DNA of 64,000 nucleotides from an uncultured Actinomycetota bacterium (GTDB lineage: Bacteria; Actinomycetota; Actinomycetes; Mycobacteriales; Mycobacteriaceae), in the NCBI GenBank assembly GCA_963787635.1, contig CAWBDP010000009.1:397768-461767 (forward strand), written 5' to 3'. Position 1 is the first letter of the stretch. Each line of letters opens with the position of its first letter. Below the pieces are notes generated by a model, which did not search any database, was not told where the DNA came from, and worked only from the letters and a program-made list of their open reading frames with translations. The position numbers and the translations under genes were made by a program. This document shows, one piece after another, positions 51,754 through 60,333 of the stretch.

Positions 51754-52286
51754 TACCGACCGAACAAGAGAAACCACTGCCGTTCAATGACTCTCGGCAC
51801 CTCCAGGCACATCAGTTTCTGGTCGACGAGGCCTACCTGCTCGATGCGCAGCACTACGAGGCGTGGCTGGACACCCTGACCGACGACGTCCACTACCTGA
51901 TGCCGGTGCGAGTCACCACCGCACGCGGCGCGGGATTCGACACCTCGCCGGGGATGTCGCACTTCGACGAGGACAGATACGCGTTGACCCGCCGCGTTGC
52001 CCGGTTCCGCACCGAACATGCCTGGACCGAGGATCCGCCGTCACGGCTGCGCCATTTCATCACCAACGTGCGCACGTTCGGCTGCACCGATGACGCACAT
52101 CTCGTGGTGGAATCGGCCGAGCTGCTGTTCCGCAGTCGCGGCGACGTCAACGAGGCCGCGCTGGTGTCCTGCGGCCGCCGGGACGTGCTGCGCCGGTGCG
52201 GCGGTCAGCACTGGAAACTTGCGCGCCGCACGGTGCTGCTCGACGAATCGGTGTTGCGGATGCAGAATTTGGCAGTTTTTCTATGA
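51750..52286 (+). CDS. phtAb: Ring-hydroxylating dioxygenase beta subunit
   Basis: FLVDEAYLLD..W, WTEDPPSRLRHFITNV, LARR.VLLD; ATGA overlap. Confidence 0.85.
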   Translation: MIPTEQEKPLPFNDSRHLQAHQFLVDEAYLLDAQHYEAWLDTLTDDVHYLMPVRVTTARGAGFDTSPGMSHFDEDRYALTRRVARFRTEHAWTEDPPSRLRHFITNVRTFGCTDDAHLVVESAELLFRSRGDVNEAALVSCGRRDVLRRCGGQHWKLARRTVLLDESVLRMQNLAVFL

Positions 52287-52558
52287 ACTCTCCTATAAAC
52301 GACGACCTCACCGGACTGCTGCGGGGCGCAGTAGGCGAACCCCTCGCGATCGCAAATGAATTCACCGAAGTCGTGGTGCTCCGGGTGGACACCCGCAACG
52401 GGTCGCGACTGCTCGTCAGCGCACCCAAGTCGGGGCGCTGGATCAGCCTGGACGCCCTCGAGCTGGAGGCATTGACCTGGCAGAACACCCGCACGCTTGC
52501 CGCGATCGTCGGCAACGTCGACGCTCCGCTGCTTCCCGACGACCAGGAACAGCCATGA
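52283..52558 (+). CDS. Small conserved protein of pht operons (orf0/PhtU-like)
   Basis: IANEF..VDTRNGSRLL..WISLDALELEALTWQN; coupled between the beta subunit and the dehydrogenase. Confidence 0.72.
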   Translation: MNSPINDDLTGLLRGAVGEPLAIANEFTEVVVLRVDTRNGSRLLVSAPKSGRWISLDALELEALTWQNTRTLAAIVGNVDAPLLPDDQEQP

Positions 52559-53349
52559 CCGGATGGCTGGACGGCAAGCGGGCCCTGGTCGTGGGCGCCG
52601 GCTCCGGGATCGGCCGGGCCGTCGTCGACGCGTTTCGCGCCGAAGGCGCCAACGTTGCTGTGCTGGAACGCGATCCAGCCAAATGCGACGTGCTTCGACA
52701 TGAGGTGCCCGATGTTCCGGTGATCGAGGGCGACGCCGTCACCCGCGAGGCGAACGATCGTGCGGTGGCTGCCGCGGTCGAGGCCTTCGGGGGGCTGGAC
52801 ACACTGGTCAACTGCGTGGGGATTTTCGACTTCTACCGAGGCGTGGCCGACATCGACGCCAACGACTTGTCGGCCGCTTTCGATGAGATGTTCCGCACCA
52901 ACGTGCTCAGCCACCTGCAATCGGTCAAAGCCGCACTGCCGGCGCTGCAGACCCAGACCGGGTCCTCGATCGTGCTCGCCGAGTCGGCTTCGTCGTTTTA
53001 TGCCGGACGCGGCGGCGCGCTGTATGTCTCGTCGAAATTCGCGGTGCGCGGTCTGGTCGCCACCCTTGCCTACGAATTGGCGCCGGGGATCCGGGTCAAC
53101 GGCGTAGCACCGGGCGGCACAGTGCACACCGACCTGCGCGGCCCGGCCACCCTCGGGCTGGACACCGTCCGACTGGACGACACCCCGGACCGGGCAACCG
53201 ATCTTGCCCGCCGCGCACCGCTGAACGTCGCACTCTCGCCCGAGGACCACGCGTGGAGTTTCGTGTTCTTCGCCTCGGATCGTTCGCGCGGCATCACCGC
53301 CGGCAGCGTACATCCCGACGGCGGATTCGGGCTGGGAAAACCGACATGA
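52555..53349 (+). CDS. phtB: cis-dihydrodiol dehydrogenase (SDR)
   Basis: GAGSGIG, NCVGIFD, YVSSK, RVNGVAPGG..TDLRG. Confidence 0.82.
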   Translation: MTGWLDGKRALVVGAGSGIGRAVVDAFRAEGANVAVLERDPAKCDVLRHEVPDVPVIEGDAVTREANDRAVAAAVEAFGGLDTLVNCVGIFDFYRGVADIDANDLSAAFDEMFRTNVLSHLQSVKAALPALQTQTGSSIVLAESASSFYAGRGGALYVSSKFAVRGLVATLAYELAPGIRVNGVAPGGTVHTDLRGPATLGLDTVRLDDTPDRATDLARRAPLNVALSPEDHAWSFVFFASDRSRGITAGSVHPDGGFGLGKPT

Positions 53350-54056
53350 GCCTGCACGACGAACGCAGCCTGGTCGCGTTGGCGTGCCGGGTCGCGGCTG
53401 CCCGCGGGCTGGTCGACGGCATCCTCGGCCACGTGAGCCTGCGGGTCGACGACGATCATCTGCTGATCCGGTGCCGCAGTGACACCGACACCGGCCTGGC
53501 GTTCACCCGAGCGACCGACATCCGGCTCGTCCGCTTCGACGGAACCGCGGGCGCTGCAGGCGAACTCGACGGATATCGCGTTCCCAACGAACTTGCCATC
53601 CATGCCGAAACCCTGCTCGCGAACCACGAGCACCGGGCCGTCGCACACCTGCATCCGCCGGCCGTCGTCGCCGCTGATCTCGCCGGTATCACGATCCGGT
53701 CGATCTATGGGGCCTACGACATCCCGGGTGCGTGGCTGGCGCGCGGCGGTGTGCCGGTCTACGAACGTGCTGTGCTGATCCGAAATTCGCGGCTGGGCAA
53801 GGAAATGGTGGCCGCCATGCGGGGCGCACCGGTTGTCATCTGCCGTGGCCATGGAATAACCAGCGCCGCGGCCACCGTGCCGCAGGCGGTGCTGCAGGCG
53901 ATCAGCCTCAATGCGCTCGCCGACATGTCGTTGCGGGTGCGCTCAGCCGGCGGCACGCTGCGCGACATCGACGACCGGGACTGGGACGACCTGCCGATGC
54001 CCGAATTCCTCGCCGACGCGGCCTGGCGACACGAGATTGCCCGGCTTGGCGAATGA
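53346..54056 (+). CDS. phtC: Class II aldolase-fold protein, probable 3,4-dihydroxyphthalate decarboxylase
   Basis: GHVSLR, ELAIH, AHLHP, RGHG; PhtC/PadC/OphC belong to this fold; operon context. Confidence 0.72.
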   Translation: MSLHDERSLVALACRVAAARGLVDGILGHVSLRVDDDHLLIRCRSDTDTGLAFTRATDIRLVRFDGTAGAAGELDGYRVPNELAIHAETLLANHEHRAVAHLHPPAVVAADLAGITIRSIYGAYDIPGAWLARGGVPVYERAVLIRNSRLGKEMVAAMRGAPVVICRGHGITSAAATVPQAVLQAISLNALADMSLRVRSAGGTLRDIDDRDWDDLPMPEFLADAAWRHEIARLGE

Positions 54057-54070
54057 CCCGGCCGAGCCAA

Positions 54071-54853
54071 TCAGAGTTGGTCGCCGATCTCCTTGGCGGC
54101 CTGGATGAGTACCGCTGCGACGGCGGCATATTGCGACCTGGTCAGCCGATGCTGGGGAGCCGCGGCGTTCAGCGCCAGCCGAAGCCCCGGCGCCCGCGTT
54201 GGTATCGGTGCGGCGACCGACGCGACGCCTTCCTCGCTCTCCTCCCGGTTGACGGCATATCCGCGTTCACGGACACGAGAAAGCTCGGCCACCAAGGCGG
54301 TACGGCTGCCGATCGAGCGCGCCGTGGTGCGTTCCAGGTCTTCACCGGGCAGCAGCGCAAGCAATTCCGGTTGCGACAACTGGCCCAGCATGGCCTTACC
54401 GGTGGAAGTGCAATGCGCCGGCATCGTCAGCCCCAGCCGCGAGGCCACTCGGACGGCGCTTGGACCCTCGACCGCGGCGATGAACCGTACCGCGGCACCA
54501 TCGAGCATCCCCAGATGAATTGTTTCCCGCAGCTGTTCGCCGACTCGGCGCATGACCGGCAGAGCGGTCGCCTGGATATCGGTGCGGCCGAAGATCGCAA
54601 ACGCCACGCCGGTCAGCGCCGGGCCGGGCCGGTAGACCTTGGACGCCGGGTCTTGCCGGACAAACCCGCGGTAGGCCAGCATCGCCAGCAGCCGGTGCGC
54701 GGTGGATGACGCCACGCCCAGATAGCGGGTGGCCTCGCTCAACCGGATCTCGGACCGATCGCCCAACAGCAGCAGCAGCTTCAATGCATTATCGACCGAC
54801 TCGATCGGATACTGCGGCGCAGATGAATCGGGCCGCTGCGCCTTCTTCTGCAT
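54071..54853 (-). CDS. phtR: IclR family regulator (PhtR-like)
   Basis: SVDNALKLL..STAHRLLAML; HCTSTGKAML; RGYA..EESEEGV; convergent with the pht operon. Confidence 0.75.
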   Translation of the reverse strand: MQKKAQRPDSSAPQYPIESVDNALKLLLLLGDRSEIRLSEATRYLGVASSTAHRLLAMLAYRGFVRQDPASKVYRPGPALTGVAFAIFGRTDIQATALPVMRRVGEQLRETIHLGMLDGAAVRFIAAVEGPSAVRVASRLGLTMPAHCTSTGKAMLGQLSQPELLALLPGEDLERTTARSIGSRTALVAELSRVRERGYAVNREESEEGVASVAAPIPTRAPGLRLALNAAAPQHRLTRSQYAAVAAVLIQAAKEIGDQL

Positions 54854-55027
54854 GACACCGACGGTACCTGCGACCACCCCCGAATATTGACGCCTGTTGC
54901 GCGGCAACCTTTCCGGGGACACTCCACCTGTCCCGGTCAACGGGAGCGTGCCTCGAGAGTGGCCGGTCCCGTGGTACCCGCGCGGCCCTGGCCGATCGGG
55001 TCCAGCCGGATCGTGCATCCTTGACCC

Positions 55028-55678
55028 ATGAGCCTGGTGTCCCTGCTGCAATCCGTGCCGCCGGTGGTGGTCTATGTGATGGTAGGAGCCGTGGTCGGAG
55101 TCGAGAGTCTGGGTGTCCCGCTTCCCGGCGAGATCGTGCTCGTCACCGCCGCACTGATGTCGTCGCGTCACGAGCTTGCCGTCAACCCGATCGGAGTGGG
55201 CGCGGCCGCGGTCATCGGAGCCGTGATCGGTGACTCGATCGGTTACACACTGGGTCGACGGCTCGGGATGTCGCTCTTCGACTGGCTCGGCCGCCGGCTT
55301 CCGCGACATTTCGGTCCCGGTCATGTCGCGCTCGCCGAGAAAATATTCACCCGCTGGGGATCCCATGCCGTGTTCTTCGGACGGTTCATCGCGCTGCTGC
55401 GGATCTTCGCCGGGCCGCTCGCCGGCGCATTGAAGATGCGGTATCCGCGATTTCTCGCCGCCAATGTGGCCGGCGCGATCTGCTGGGCAGGTGGCACCGC
55501 GGCGCTGGTGTATTACGCGGGACTCGCGGCCGAGCGCTGGCTGGAGCGTTTCTCGTGGATCGCCTTGGTCGTCGCGGTCGTCGGCGGCGTGACTGCGGCG
55601 ATCCTGCTGCGTAAACGCACCGCCCGCGCGATCGCCGAGCTCGAGGCCGAGCAGGAGGCCGGCAAAACTACCGCCTGA
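55028..55678 (+). CDS. dedA: DedA family membrane protein (Rv2637-like)
   Basis: ESLGVPLPGE, GDSIGY..G, FFGRFIALLRIF..AG. Confidence 0.93.
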   Translation: MSLVSLLQSVPPVVVYVMVGAVVGVESLGVPLPGEIVLVTAALMSSRHELAVNPIGVGAAAVIGAVIGDSIGYTLGRRLGMSLFDWLGRRLPRHFGPGHVALAEKIFTRWGSHAVFFGRFIALLRIFAGPLAGALKMRYPRFLAANVAGAICWAGGTAALVYYAGLAAERWLERFSWIALVVAVVGGVTAAILLRKRTARAIAELEAEQEAGKTTA

Positions 55679-55785
55679 GCCGCTTGTCAAGGTCTTGCCG
55701 GGAGGCCTTAACATACTCACAGGCTGTGATATATGGACAGACCTACCCGACTGATATAAGACTGAGATCTGCAAAGTGGCGGCCG

Positions 55786-55877
55786 GTCTTCAGATATGTA
55801 GGACGGTCATCCATCTCGTCATCAGGCGCGTAGGACAGCAACATTCAGTCTTCAGACACGTAGGACGGTCATCCATC
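55786..55877. repeat. 30-bp direct repeat pair (62-bp period) upstream of the anti-anti-sigma gene
   Basis: gtcttcagatatgtaggacggtcatccatc (55786-55815) and gtcttcagacacgtaggacggtcatccatc (55848-55877); partial gtaggac between them. Confidence 0.85.
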
Positions 55878-55912
55878 GCGGCGCGGTTGCGCCAGTCGAT
55901 TAGGAGTGCACC

Positions 55913-56365
55913 ATGAACCTCGCCATCGCGGATGCCTTTTCCGGCACGCCAAACCATCTGAAACTGACTACCCGCCTGCTCGCAGAACTGGGCAATGTGC
56001 ACAGCAAGCTCCGGGCGACCACCCAACGCAACGCCTCGGCGGTGATGGTCTACGCCGGCGGCGAAGTCGACGCCTGCAACGAGCGCATCTGGCGGCATCT
56101 GCTGGACGAGGCGGCCGCAGCCGTCACCGCGCCCGGGCCGCTCGTCATCGACACCAGCGGCCTCGATTTCATGGGATGCTGCGCCTTCTCCGCCTTGGCC
56201 GACAAGGTGAAGTCGTGCCGGGATCGAGGTATCGAGGTGCGCCTGGTGAGCTGTCAGCCGGTGGTACCGAAGCTCATCGAGGCGTGCGGGCTCAGCCACC
56301 TACTGCCCGTCCACCCGACGGTGGACTCCGCGTTGTCGGTCAGCCCCGACGAAACCGCTGTCTAG
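55913..56365 (+). CDS. STAS-domain anti-sigma factor antagonist (Rv2638-like)
   Basis: AGGEVDA, LVIDTSGLDFMGCC, LPVHPTVDSAL. Confidence 0.88.
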   Translation: MNLAIADAFSGTPNHLKLTTRLLAELGNVHSKLRATTQRNASAVMVYAGGEVDACNERIWRHLLDEAAAAVTAPGPLVIDTSGLDFMGCCAFSALADKVKSCRDRGIEVRLVSCQPVVPKLIEACGLSHLLPVHPTVDSALSVSPDETAV

Positions 56366-56982
56366 CGGACTCGCTGACCCAGAAGATCTTTGCCCGGTCC
56401 GGAAAGCTGACGTAGGGCATCCGGGCGTCCCGCCACTGCCATCACGAGCGCTTCCGCGGGACCGGTCACCTCGGCGCCGTCGCCGTGCGACCAGTCGAGG
56501 TCCGTCGCGACAAGCCGCATGCCGCGGGTGCGTTTGGCGGCCCGTATCGGAGGCGCAGTCATGGCGAGATCCAACGTCCGGCGCAGCCGCTGCGGCGGAA
56601 TCGTGCGCTCGACGCCGAGCGGCCAGCGGATGTCTTGTTGGTGGATCATTCCGTCGACCAAGGCGATCATGCCGCCGAACGCCGACGTGAGACCCCGCGG
56701 CGGGATACCGGCGCGCATCAATTCGGTGAGTTGTTTAGGCGAGTGGGTGGCGTACTCAGCGACGCCGATCGCATTGATGCGATGCAGCCAGAACCTGCCT
56801 TTTGCGAAGCGCCGGAACAACTCCCAGCGGTTGAGTTCGTCGTAGCTCACGACGTGGGCGACGACGTCACGCACCCGCCATTGCTCGCACAGCGTGGGCT
56901 GCTCCCACTGCGCCGGGGACAGACCCGCCAGCAGCTCGACGAAGTCCGCCCGCTCCTCACACGCCAGTTGCATCGTGGTCAC
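56362..56982 (-). CDS. Mycothiol-dependent maleylpyruvate isomerase family (DinB-like) protein
   Basis: EERADF..W..TLCEQWRVRDVVAH, IHQQDIR, LVATDLDWS.G. Confidence 0.85.
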   Translation of the reverse strand: MTTMQLACEERADFVELLAGLSPAQWEQPTLCEQWRVRDVVAHVVSYDELNRWELFRRFAKGRFWLHRINAIGVAEYATHSPKQLTELMRAGIPPRGLTSAFGGMIALVDGMIHQQDIRWPLGVERTIPPQRLRRTLDLAMTAPPIRAAKRTRGMRLVATDLDWSHGDGAEVTGPAEALVMAVAGRPDALRQLSGPGKDLLGQRVR

Positions 56983-57191
56983 GGCGTCGTCTTCGGATCG
57001 CTTCACCGCATCACGACCGCTCGAAACACCTTCCACCGCTGCCGAGTTGGACCACCCCCTAAGAGTAAGCCGCTGTGAACCGTCCGTGCAGGCTTACGGG
57101 TGGGGCGGTTAGCCCGGGTTGTCAACAGTTCGGACTTTCTCCACAGCTTGGATCCTGGCGGTCAAACTCATCGGCGTTTTGGCCGTATCAT

Positions 57192-57207
57192 TCGAACATG
57201 GGTTCGA
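57192..57207 (+). promoter_or_regulatory. Perfect LexA SOS box overlapping the REP13E12 start codon
   Basis: TCGAAC-ATGG-GTTCGA; TATCAT -10 at 57186-57191. Confidence 0.88.
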
Positions 57208-58566
57208 CTAGTCGTGAGGAGATCGTCGAGGTCTTCGACACGCTCGACGCTGTCCTGGACCAGGCCTTGGCGCTGACTTTCGACGCGTTGACCACCCCCG
57301 AACGGATGGCATTGCTGGACCGCTGCGAAACGGTGCGCCGCCAGCTGCCGGCTGTCGAGCACCCGCTGATCAACCAGATCGCGGCAACGCTCCAGCGACG
57401 AGGAACTCGGCGGCAAGCTGGCCCGCGCGCTGGCCGAGCGACTGCGCATCACTCGCGGTGAAGCCAGCCGCCGGATCGGCGAAGCCGCAGAACTCGGTGA
57501 TCGCCACGCGCTGACCGGCCAACCGCTGGGGCCAGTGCTACGGCCACTGCCGCTGCCCAGCGCGCCGGGACAATCGGGTCGGCCCACATCACGGTGATCC
57601 GGCGGTTTCTGCGACAGCAGCCCGGCTGGGTTGATGTCGCCACCGCGGCAACAAGCCGAAGCGCTGCTGGCCGGCCAAGCCGAGAAATCCGGCCCGACCA
57701 GCTCGCCCAGCTAGCCGACAAGCTCACCGACTGCCTCAACCCCGACGGCGAACTACACCGAGGAAGACCGCGCCCGCCGACGTGGTCTGGTCTTGGGCAA
57801 ACAACAAGACGACGGCATGAGCCCACTGCGCGGGTGGCTGACCCCTGAGCTGCGCGCCAGCCTGGAGGCGGTGCTGGCCAAGCTGGCCGCACCCGGCATG
57901 GCCAACCCCGACGACAAGATGCCGGCGGTGGATGAAGAGCCATCGAGGAAGCCGTCCAGCGCGATACCCGCTCACCGGCCCAACGCAATCACGACGGCCT
58001 ACTGGCTGCGCTGCGGGCTGTGCTGGCCAGCGGAAAACTCGGACAGCACAACGGATTACCGGCCACCATCATCGTGTCGACCACGCTCAAGGACCTGGAA
58101 TCCGCCGCCGGTCAAGGCACTCACCGCTTGCGGCAGCCTGCTGCCGATGTCCGATGTCATCCGGCTGGCCAGCCATGCGCATCATTACCTCGCGATCTTC
58201 GACAACGGCAAAGCCCTGGCGCTGTATCACACGAAACGGCTGGCCTCCCCTGCACAGCGAATCATGCTCTACGCCAAAGACCGTGGCTGCACCAAACCCG
58301 GCTGCCCCGCCCCCGCCTACTACTGCCAAGCCCACCATGTTCGGGGCTGGCAAGCCACCCAGTGCACCGACATCGACGACCTCGCCCTGGCCTGCGGCAT
58401 CGACAACCGCCTCGCCGAAAACGGCTGGACCACTCGTAAGAACGCTCAAGGTGAAACCGAGTGGATCCCACCGCCACATCTGGACCACGGCCAACCCCGC
58501 ACCAACAACTTCCATCACCCCGAAAAACTCCTCCGCGAAAACGACGAGGATCCCGGCAGCGACTGA
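57198..58566 (+). mobile_element. REP13E12-family element (DUF222 + HNH), multiply frameshifted
   Basis: MGSTSREEI..LTTPE..HPLINQ; in shifted frames [71 protein letters not shown]. Confidence 0.85.
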
Positions 58567-58588
58567 GTCTGGCTGGCATCCTGTAAAC

Positions 58589-58792
58589 ATGGCTGGCAAG
58601 GAAGTCGATCGAGTCCGGGCGACGAGTGCCGTGGCGGTGATCAGGCAGCACCCCGCGCTAGTGCTCTTCGCGGTGTCCCCTGCGCTGGTGGCACTGGGCC
58701 TCATCTGGTGGCTGGCCGGCGCAGGCTGGGGGATCTTCGCCAGCATCGCGCTGGTGCTCGCCGGCGCCGGTCTCGTCCTCGTCAAAAGGTGA
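58589..58792 (+). CDS. Small two-TM membrane protein
   Basis: MAGKEVDRVRA.. then two hydrophobic helices ending KR; 67 aa. Confidence 0.65.
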   Translation: MAGKEVDRVRATSAVAVIRQHPALVLFAVSPALVALGLIWWLAGAGWGIFASIALVLAGAGLVLVKR

Positions 58793-58796
58793 CGCG

Positions 58797-59456
58797 TTAC
58801 CGGTTGCCCGCAGCTCCGGCGTTACGCAGATCGGCGACCAACGACCGGTAGGCCTCGTCACGCTGATCGGAACGATCGCGTAGCACCGCGGACGGGTGAA
58901 CGGTGGCCACTACGACCGGCTCCGGGTCCACCTGCACATCGAGGGTCGGCGGAAGCTGCAGTAGCTCGCCGCGGTGGGCGGTAACCCGAAACGCGGTGCC
59001 CAGCAAGGATTGCGCAGCGGTGGCGCCCAAGCAGACGATCACGTGCGGCCGTAACGCCTCGATCTCGGCCAAGAGCCAGGGCTGGCACGCCACGACTTCG
59101 GTGCGGCTGGGTTTCTGGTGTATCCGCCGTTTGCCGGTCTTCCTGGTGAACTTGAAGTGCTTGACGGCGTTGGTCTCATATGTCAGCCGCGGGTCGATGT
59201 CCGCATCGTCGAGCGCACGCGCCAGCAATTTGCCCGCCGGACCCACGAACGGCAGCCCTTCGCGATCCTCCTGGTCCCCCGGCTGCTCACCGACCAGCAT
59301 GATCGGCGCGTCGGACCGACCATGGCCGAACACGGTCTGCGAGGCGTCCCGGTACAGCGAGCAGCCCTGACAACAGCCGGCGGCGGCTTCCAGCGAACCC
59401 AGCGCACGATCGTCGGGCAGATAGCGCGCCGCACCCGGTGCCGACGCCGGGCTCAT
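58797..59456 (-). CDS. udgX: UdgX, [4Fe-4S] uracil-DNA glycosylase family 4-like covalent binder
   Basis: CQGC, GEQPG, NAVKHFKF, diagnostic KRRIH R-loop, HPSAVLR. Confidence 0.92.
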   Translation of the reverse strand: MSPASAPGAARYLPDDRALGSLEAAAGCCQGCSLYRDASQTVFGHGRSDAPIMLVGEQPGDQEDREGLPFVGPAGKLLARALDDADIDPRLTYETNAVKHFKFTRKTGKRRIHQKPSRTEVVACQPWLLAEIEALRPHVIVCLGATAAQSLLGTAFRVTAHRGELLQLPPTLDVQVDPEPVVVATVHPSAVLRDRSDQRDEAYRSLVADLRNAGAAGNR

Positions 59457-59475
59457 GAGCCGGCGCTAACTCGCA

Positions 59476-60036
59476 CTAACCCTTGCCGAGGATGGCGTCG
59501 CGAGCACGATCGGCCATCGCGGCGAACGGGCCGGCCAACACGTTGGCCTTCGCGGACTCCACACCCGGGTGCGGTCTGGTGGGCGCTGTGGATTCGGCGA
59601 ACTTGACGGCGCGACCCATCCGCTTCAGCTGGTCGCCGCTCAGCTCGTCCTGAAGTTTGGCGAATTCCTCCTGCTCCTCGTGCTCGGCATGCTCGACGAC
59701 GGAATCCCGAAGCTTCTTCAGCTTTTTGGTGAACTTGTCGTCGTCGAGGTCAAGTTTCTCCAACTCCGCAAGCGCCTTTTTGGCCTCGCTCTCCTCCTCG
59801 AGCCGCTTGTCGACGACCTGATCACCGTCGGGTATCTCTTTTCTGGCCCGCGGATGGACGATTTCCTCTTCGGCGGTTTCGTGGACCGCCAAGAGCCGCC
59901 GCAACTCGAGGAATGCCTTCTCGCGTTCCTTGCCCGACACCGACAGCGCCTCGTCGAACAGCGATTTGATCCGCTCGTGCTGGCTGGTGAGGAATTCGAC
60001 CACATCGGCGGGTGACTTGACATCGGCATCGGCCAT
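59476..60036 (-). CDS. Hemerythrin domain protein
   Basis: QHERIK, VHETAEEEIVHP, HAEHEEQEEF, APTRPHP. Confidence 0.88.
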   Translation of the reverse strand: MADADVKSPADVVEFLTSQHERIKSLFDEALSVSGKEREKAFLELRRLLAVHETAEEEIVHPRARKEIPDGDQVVDKRLEEESEAKKALAELEKLDLDDDKFTKKLKKLRDSVVEHAEHEEQEEFAKLQDELSGDQLKRMGRAVKFAESTAPTRPHPGVESAKANVLAGPFAAMADRARDAILGKG

Positions 60037-60090
60037 GGCTTGACTCCTGTGTCGTCGTGCGCGGGGCTGATGACGCACTGCCGAGGCGGC

Positions 60091-60115
60091 TACCCAACCT
60101 CGATAATCGTCAAAC
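60091..60115 (-). promoter_or_regulatory. SigF-type promoter for hemerythrin-udgX
   Basis: GTTT-N16-GGGTA on the minus strand, 55 bp upstream of ATG 60036. Confidence 0.65.
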
Positions 60116-60260
60116 GCGCGGGGGTCGGTCCCCATTAAAGTTCCAGACTCTCCGGCAACGAAATCAGGTCCTGACCGGGGCTTTCAGGAACCCCAATCAG
60201 TCAAGCGCGCAACACGTTTCACGATCGCAAAGCGAGCTGGCAGACCGACCGGGCCAGACA

Positions 60261-60287
60261 GGTGTAGCCCGACTCCTGCCGGGGTAT
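60261..60287 (+). promoter_or_regulatory. Candidate SigF-type promoter for the lipoprotein operon
   Basis: GGTGT-N16-GGGTAT. Confidence 0.45.
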
Positions 60288-60333
60288 TGCACACTGAAAG
60301 TAATGCACTGACGGAGGGTGACTGATAGCTGCC

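Noticed and set aside
54854-55774. 567-aa IclR with a long N-terminal extension
   Set aside because: The extension is antisense to dedA; the IclR domain begins at ATG 54853.
55786-55877. CRISPR mini-array (30-bp repeats, 32-bp spacer)
   Set aside because: Only two imperfect repeats, the spacer itself contains the repeat core, and there are no cas genes in the window.
57168-57191. RecA-NDp promoter for the REP13E12 element
   Set aside because: The -35 match (tcatcggcg) is poor and the spacing is 9 rather than 8 nt.
60110-60200. Possible DosR box (GGGGACCGACCCC)
   Set aside because: Only one half-site matches the consensus; not enough in GC-rich DNA.
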